Positions 58,778-62,890 of a DNA stretch of 64,000 nucleotides are shown here, piece by piece. The notes under the pieces were generated by a model. It ran no database searches and was not told the DNA's origin. It saw only the letters and a program-made list of their open reading frames with translations. The stretch spans positions 34,283 through 98,282 of the forward strand of contig JAPPGH010000063.1 in NCBI GenBank assembly GCA_026914155.1, written 5' to 3'. Position numbers and translations under genes: made by a program. Within the stretch, counting starts at the first letter, position 1, and the number at the start of each line of letters is the position of its first letter. This stretch comes from Candidatus Palauibacter rhopaloidicola (GTDB taxonomy: Bacteria > Gemmatimonadota > Gemmatimonadetes > Palauibacterales > Palauibacteraceae).

Positions 58778-59323
58778 CTACGCACGCGCAGTCGCCTCTT
58801 CTCTACGGGAAGTCGGTCCACCGTACTTATCGTCCAAGATGTAGTACGCTTGTTTGGCGCAGGACTTGTTCAACCATTTGCTCGTCGTAAAGCCCATAAC
58901 TGCAGATCTCGCATCCAGCTTCTGCATCCCGGCTTCCAACTCGGTCAACGAGGATCGAACCTCATCATCGCTAATGGAATAGCTTTCGATGTCATCCCAG
59001 AGCTGGGTTAGCCTTCCCTCCAACTGCCCGTACTCCTCGACCAGCAACCCCACACGTACCCGCTTGGTCGAATAGTCCCTTGCCATGTCAAGGACGGTTG
59101 CCAGAAGGACAATGGTGGCAACCACGAGCTTGATAACCTCATGTCCTGTCGGCAGGAAGTTTATCAACTCCAAACCGACTCCCGTTGCTCCCGCCAGAAT
59201 GATGACGCGTATGGACACACGCATCCTCTCGTAACGGGTTCGTAATCTGTCGTAGTATCTCACGAGCCGGGTAACGTCGAGAACGTGTTCCCATACCATT
59301 GCTCGCCGGTGAGGGTTCACCAT
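58778..59323 (-). CDS. two-TM protein, SLATT/DUF4231-like (putative membrane effector)
   Basis: 181 aa with its own AAGGAG SD 8 nt before the ATG and visibly lower GC and third-position GC than its neighbours. Layout: Y/R-rich helix (LVRYYDRLRTRYERMR), TM1 (VSIRVIILAGATGVGLELINFL), short loop PTGHE, TM2 (VIKLVVATIVLLATVLDMA), then a helical tail. The family call is by architecture from memory. Confidence 0.6.
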   Translation of the reverse strand: MVNPHRRAMVWEHVLDVTRLVRYYDRLRTRYERMRVSIRVIILAGATGVGLELINFLPTGHEVIKLVVATIVLLATVLDMARDYSTKRVRVGLLVEEYGQLEGRLTQLWDDIESYSISDDEVRSSLTELEAGMQKLDARSAVMGFTTSKWLNKSCAKQAYYILDDKYGGPTSRREEATARA

Positions 59324-59910
59324 GATGCTCTCTCCTTCGATGGAAGGCCCCGATCTCTTGCCCCTTCAAGCTTTAGGCTGTGTTCAGAACCTAGGATTAC
59401 CCGAGAAGAACACACAACCTTACCTACGTTTCCAACCGTCGTCCGGTTCCCCGAAGCCACATGAGAAAGCTCCCCACCAACGGCCCTCAGGGTCGCCGCC
59501 GGGGCCGCTTCAACGCGCCGCCGAAAACGGCCCGCCGACAGCTGCTGGCCCAGGCCCTTCTCCGCGGTCGTGTCTGGACTGGTGGAGAGGATTTCTATGA
59601 TGCGGTCCAGGCGATTCTCGACACGGGTCAACCGCCTGTCGAGGCGAGCCCCGGTCTCCCTGATATCGGCACTCAGGCGGGATTCGACGGCGGCAAGCTC
59701 CTCCGTCAAGCGGACATCCAGCCCGGTAGTCCCGTCCTCCGGGCGGACCCCAAGGCGGACGCCCAGCCCAGCGATTCTGTCCCCCAGACGGACCTCCATG
59801 GAGACGATGTCTCCCTCGAGATCCTCCCTGATGCCATCGAGCATCAGCCAGGTCAAGGTGAAGCACGCGATCATTACGCTGATCGTGGGCGTATTCGGGT
59901 TCCGCAGCAT
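59317..59910 (-). CDS. N-terminally anchored protein with 11-residue (x-R-L-x7-8) repeats; 3' third of the ORF is of doubtful coding quality
   Basis: 197 aa with a TM (ISVMIACFTLTWLML), then VRLGDRIAGLG / VRLGVRPED.. / VRLTEELAAVE / SRLSADIRETG / ARLDRRLTRVE / NRLDRIIEILS. After about codon 125 the sequence turns low-GC and non-protein-like. The stop overlaps the next ATG (ATGGTGA). Confidence 0.5.
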   Translation of the reverse strand: MLRNPNTPTISVMIACFTLTWLMLDGIREDLEGDIVSMEVRLGDRIAGLGVRLGVRPEDGTTGLDVRLTEELAAVESRLSADIRETGARLDRRLTRVENRLDRIIEILSTSPDTTAEKGLGQQLSAGRFRRRVEAAPAATLRAVGGELSHVASGNRTTVGNVGKVVCSSRVILGSEHSLKLEGARDRGLPSKERASW

Positions 59911-59927
59911 CCGTGTGCGCTCGTGAG

Positions 59928-60101
59928 CTAGGAGCGGTCGCCGGTCGTTTTCGGCGGCGGGTTGAGCCAGCCCGCGATGATCCCCTCGACCTTGGCCAGC
60001 CGTTCCCCGAGTTGCGCCAAGCTGCGCGAAATCCCGACGTAAGCCCCGCCGACCGCAAGGGCGACGGTGAGAATCACGGCAACCGTATCTACGCTGATCA
60101 C
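59928..60101 (-). CDS. small single-TM protein (57 aa), not in the ORF track
   Basis: My own translation: AGGAGGG-TGTC-GTG, then MISVDTVAVILTVALAVGGAYVGISRSLAQLGERLAKVEGIIAGWLNPPPKTTGDRS, stop TAG at 59930..59928. It ends 17 nt before the next ATG. The ERLAKVEGII segment echoes the repeats of the next protein. Confidence 0.55.
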   Translation of the reverse strand: MISVDTVAVILTVALAVGGAYVGISRSLAQLGERLAKVEGIIAGWLNPPPKTTGDRS

Positions 60102-60296
60102 GACACCCTCCTGATTCGGAACTGCTCGTTGTTCATCCCGAGGTGTACGTCCGTGATGATCCGGGACAAGATCATCGCGGTCTCATCTGCGGCCCCGCGC
60201 GTTACGGGACCGACGGCTCCGAGGAAGCGCCAAGTGGCGGACGCTACGTAATATAGGTGGTGGTGGGCGGGCTCGCTTCAAGCTGTGGGGGGCGGG

Positions 60297-60683
60297 TCAG
60301 GCGCGGGGGGCGAGGTCGATTCCGCAGGTGGGACAGAAGGCTTCGCCGCCGACCAACACTTCGGGGCATGCGGGGCATTTCCGGGGGGATGCCGCCGGCT
60401 CCCGGGGCTCCGGGGCGGAAGCCTCCGCGGGTCCCTGGGCGGCGGCGTCCCGGGCATCGAGGGCCGCGCGCTCCAGGCGGGCCCGCGTGGCTCGGTATTC
60501 CTCTTCCTGGACCTTGCCCGTCCGGTACTCCAGCTCGAGGTCCCGCAGCGCCTCGATGGCGGCGTCGCGGCGCTCCGCGGCGCCCAGTGCGGCGCCCGTG
60601 TCTTCGCCGGACCGGATCGCGGCCCAGATGATCGTGGCCAGCAGCACCGCGAGGATGACCCCGAAGAGGATGAATCCCGTCAC
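60297..60683 (-). CDS. single-TM protein with helical L-x-x-L-E-x-x-x-x-T-G-K-x-x-E-E-Y segment and C-terminal zinc ribbon
   Basis: 128 aa from GTG 60683 (GTGA overlap with the upstream stop). It has a TM (FILFGVILAVLLATIIWAAI), then IEALRDLELEYRTGKVQEEEYRATRARLE, and ends in CPACP...CPTCG. Confidence 0.65.
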   Translation of the reverse strand: MTGFILFGVILAVLLATIIWAAIRSGEDTGAALGAAERRDAAIEALRDLELEYRTGKVQEEEYRATRARLERAALDARDAAAQGPAEASAPEPREPAASPRKCPACPEVLVGGEAFCPTCGIDLAPRA

Positions 60684-61201
60684 TCGTCCACCTCCCGTGG
60701 CGGACGCCGCTCCCGTCGCGGACTTCCCTCCCGTCGCGCCGCCGCGAGTTCCAGGGCCCGCGCCGCCGCCTCCGCCGCGTCCTCGGCCGTCTCGTCGACC
60801 ACATCCTCCGGCAGCGATGCCGCGAGCCCGATCACGGGCACGCCGAACTTCCGGCAGAAGGCCGCCTCGCTGAGCGTGCCCCACTCGCCGGCGATCGCGA
60901 CCACGGCCTCGGAGGCCCGCGCCACGATGACGTTCCGCGCCTCTCCGAGTCCGGTCGGGACCGGGATCGTGACCCCGTCCGCCGCCGCGCCCGGATCTCC
61001 GCCGGGCAGGATCCCCACCACGGTCCCCCCTTCCGAGGAAGCTCCGTCGGCGGCCGCCCGCATGACGCCGCCCATGCCGCCGCACACCACGATGGCCCCG
61101 GCGCGGGCGAGGGCCGCCCCGACCGCGTGGGCCAAGCCCGCTTCCGCCGGCGCCGCCGTTCCCGAGCCGATGACCCCGATCCGCAGCGGCCGCACCGTCA
61201 C
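60680..61201 (-). CDS. TIGR00725-family protein (LOG/SLOG Rossmann-like superfamily)
   Basis: 173 aa from GTG 61201 (GTGA overlap with the dtd stop): IGVIGSG......A..VG.ALARAGAIVVCGGMGGVMRAAADGA...GGTVVGILPG, TGLGEARNVIVA.ASEAVVAI.GEWGTLSE. This matches the TIGR00725/LOG-like pattern from memory. Confidence 0.75.
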   Translation of the reverse strand: MTVRPLRIGVIGSGTAAPAEAGLAHAVGAALARAGAIVVCGGMGGVMRAAADGASSEGGTVVGILPGGDPGAAADGVTIPVPTGLGEARNVIVARASEAVVAIAGEWGTLSEAAFCRKFGVPVIGLAASLPEDVVDETAEDAAEAAARALELAAARREGSPRRERRPPREVDE

Positions 61202-61632
61202 CGCTCCAGTTGCAGGGTCACGGGGCCGTCGTTGACCAGTTCCACCTCCATCATCGCGCCGAACTCCCCTTCCGCCACCTCGCCGCCCTTCCGGCACAGC
61301 TCCACGAAACGGTCGTAGAGCGCCCGGGCCTCGTCCGGCCGCGCCGCTCCCGTAAAGGACGGACGCCGGCCCCTCCTCGCATCCCCGTACAGCGTGAACT
61401 GGGACACGATGAGGAGCGCCCCCCCGACGTCCCGGGCGGAGCGGTTCATGCGGCCCTCGGCGTCCGCGAACAGGCGCAGGCCCCACAGCTTGTCCGCCAT
61501 CCAGGCCATCGTCGCCTCGGAGTCATCCGGCGCGAAACCCGCGAGAACGACGAGCCCGGGGCCGATCGCCCCGACGACCTCGCCTCCGACCCGGACGCGG
61601 GCCTGGCTGACTCGTTGAATCACGACTCGCAA
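61198..61632 (-). CDS. dtd: D-aminoacyl-tRNA deacylase
   Basis: From TTG 61632: (M)RVVIQRVSQARV.V.GEVVG.IG.GLVVL.G....D, SQFTLYGD...G.RPSF and NDGPVT, the canonical Dtd motifs. The track ORF begins at GTG 61689. Confidence 0.9.
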   Translation of the reverse strand: MRVVIQRVSQARVRVGGEVVGAIGPGLVVLAGFAPDDSEATMAWMADKLWGLRLFADAEGRMNRSARDVGGALLIVSQFTLYGDARRGRRPSFTGAARPDEARALYDRFVELCRKGGEVAEGEFGAMMEVELVNDGPVTLQLER

Positions 61633-61787
61633 TTGCGCCGTCCCGTTGCCGACCCCGGCCGTTCGTGGCAAGCCGGTTTTCCACAGCACATCAAAAGCGG
61701 TGAACGACGAAAAGATGCGACAGCGCTCGATCCCGGGCGACTCCGCTGGCGGCCGAGCGGGCGCCCGATTTCAAAATCCACGTTATT

Positions 61788-61815
61788 TGGACAAGATATG
61801 GACAGTTTTTGGACA
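61788..61815 (-). promoter_or_regulatory. three direct TGTCCA repeats phased at exactly 11 bp
   Basis: TGGACA on the plus strand at 61788..61793, 61799..61804 and 61810..61815. The minus strand reads ATGTCCAAAAA CTGTCCATATC TTGTCCAAATA. The array is about 155-185 nt upstream of dtd and just downstream of the U-run terminator. Confidence 0.5.
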
Positions 61816-61827
61816 TCATTTTTTTTG

Positions 61828-61860
61828 AAAAAAATGAGAAGCGCCATCCAAGGATCGCGC
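61828..61860 (-). terminator. intrinsic-terminator-like hairpin plus U7
   Basis: Minus-strand RNA: GCGCGAUC-CUUG-GAUGGCGC (61860..61841, 8 bp with one G.G mismatch), then UUCUCA, then UUUUUUU (61834..61828). Confidence 0.55.
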
Positions 61861-62060
61861 AGCTCCCCGGCCGGCATCTTCCCCGGGCCGGGAGTCCGGT
61901 CGGACGAAGCGGCTGAAGGGAGGGGCCGGCCCACGGTAAGCGGTCGTGATCGTTGGGTGTCCAGCGACGACCCGGTTCGGGTCCGACAACGAACCGCAAT
62001 CCCGGCAGGAGGGCGCCCGCCCGGGCACCGTGGAGATCGCGAACAAGTAGAGGTAGATGT

Positions 62061-62099
62061 ACTCAGCCCCTGGCCACCCGAAGGTGTCAGGGGCTGAGC
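62061..62099 (-). other. long hairpin: 12-bp outer stem enclosing a UUCG-capped inner stem
   Basis: Minus-strand RNA: GCUCAGCCCCUG-A-CACC-UUCG-GGUG-GC-CAGGGGCUGAGU. The 11 Watson-Crick pairs at 62062..62072 / 62088..62098 were read directly, plus a terminal G.U. Confidence 0.8.
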
Positions 62100-62373
62100 A
62101 AGGAAGCTTGTTTACGGCCAACTACCGCCCGGTCCTGGTAGCTTGCGCGGTCTTCCAGAACCTCGCCGCGAGCCTGGTACCGTCTGTCCGACCAGCTGTG
62201 CTCGATCCCTCTTCCCTCGATCGCCTCGTTCCGTCGCCGGAACTCCGCTCCCTCAGGCCCGGGACTCGCGCCCCGGTTTCGCGATCTCGCGTCGGGCAAC
62301 TCGCGGTGCGGTCATCGGCCTCGACCTCCGGTCGGTCGGTGCCGCCTCCCTTAGCACGCCCTGATTCTAAAAA

Positions 62374-62402
62374 GATTTTTTTGGGCCGTCAACCTCGAAC
62401 CG
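62374..62402 (-). promoter_or_regulatory. near-consensus sigma70-type promoter (TTGACG-N17-TAGAAT)
   Basis: Minus strand: TTGACG (62402..62397), the 17-nt A/T-rich spacer GCCCAAAAAAATCTTTT, then TAGAAT (62379..62374). It stands in an AT-rich patch within GC-rich DNA. Confidence 0.6.
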
Positions 62403-62480
62403 CCACGAGTCGCATTTTTTTCAAAAACTCATCGACCGAATCGCCATCCTCCGCAGCAATCCGCAGGAGAAAACCAGATT

Positions 62481-62783
62481 TTAGCGAGATCCCCACTCCC
62501 GCACCCACCCGATCCCCTCGTAGTGAGTCGGCATCTCGCGAGGCGGAGGCTCGGGGAGTTGATACTCCTCACCCTCGAAGGTGAACATGACCCGCACCGA
62601 TCCCGTGGGCGGGTCGTCCGTCCATACTTCCGTCCGCTGATTCCGAATCTCGCGAGGCACGAATTCGGTGAATGGATCCTCCTGGTCCTCGAGGGGGAAC
62701 GTCACTCGCATCGACACCGGCGTGCCTTCGGCGTCCGTCAATATCTCCGTCTTGGCTCCCGCCCGTTCGGTGGTCCCGGTCAT
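62481..62783 (-). CDS. hypothetical small acidic protein with internal duplication
   Basis: 100 aa with GGGAGGAACAC before the ATG. The two halves resemble each other: VSMRVTFPLEDQED...PREI...W versus VRVMFTFEGEEYQ...PREM...W. It lies directly downstream of the SF1 helicase gene. Confidence 0.6.
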   Translation of the reverse strand: MTGTTERAGAKTEILTDAEGTPVSMRVTFPLEDQEDPFTEFVPREIRNQRTEVWTDDPPTGSVRVMFTFEGEEYQLPEPPPREMPTHYEGIGWVREWGSR

Positions 62784-62890
62784 GTGTTCCTCCCTCGCTC
62801 CTCCTGCGGATGAACCTCCGTACTGGCTCTAACGTCGCGCGGCGGGACAACGGTCGAAAGGCTCGTCGGAACGCCTCTGATCGGGTTCGA

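Larger units (their letters stand above)
61828..62367 (-). ncRNA. candidate unclassified structured RNA / orphan transcription unit (~0.5 kb)
   Basis: It is bounded by the promoter at 62402..62374 and the terminator at 61860..61828. Only 20- and 70-codon ORFs lie inside. Several stems are capped by GNRA or UUCG tetraloops and there is a four-way-junction-like arrangement (see finding). No match to SRP, tmRNA, RNase P or 6S motifs by eye. Confidence 0.3.

Noticed and set aside
58532-59011. Plus-strand ORF encoding a poly-glycine run
   Set aside because: The Gly run is just the (GGN)21 tract read in frame. There is no RBS, and the ORF overlaps the better-supported minus-strand gene 58778..59323 as well as the recA promoter region.
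60250-60282. TTGAAG ... TATATT promoter-like pair upstream of the three-gene module
   Set aside because: The spacer is 21 nt, too long for a standard sigma70 promoter. The TATATTACGTA box may still matter, but I cannot support a promoter call.
61828-62367. Identity of the structured interval as tmRNA, RNase P RNA or 6S RNA
   Set aside because: GGGGCUGA occurs but only as part of a hairpin. There is no tRNA-like 3' end (GGUUCGA.UCC...CCACCA) and no tag ORF ending in AA-stop. It also lacks GAGGAAAGUCC and ACAGAA..CGGCUUA, the RNase P blocks. At about 0.5 kb it is too long for 6S.
62361-62380. TTAGCAC / GTGCTAA resembling a CIRCE (HrcA) half-site at the predicted transcription start
   Set aside because: Only one half of the TTAGCACTC-N9-GAGTGCTAA palindrome is present. 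The partner arm at the required spacing is absent.
62057-62584. 175-aa plus-strand ORF across the orphan unit and into the 100-aa gene
   Set aside because: Its Leu/Arg/Ser/Pro/Val-rich translation is typical of antisense reading. It runs through AT-rich promoter and terminator blocks and overlaps the minus-strand 100-aa gene.
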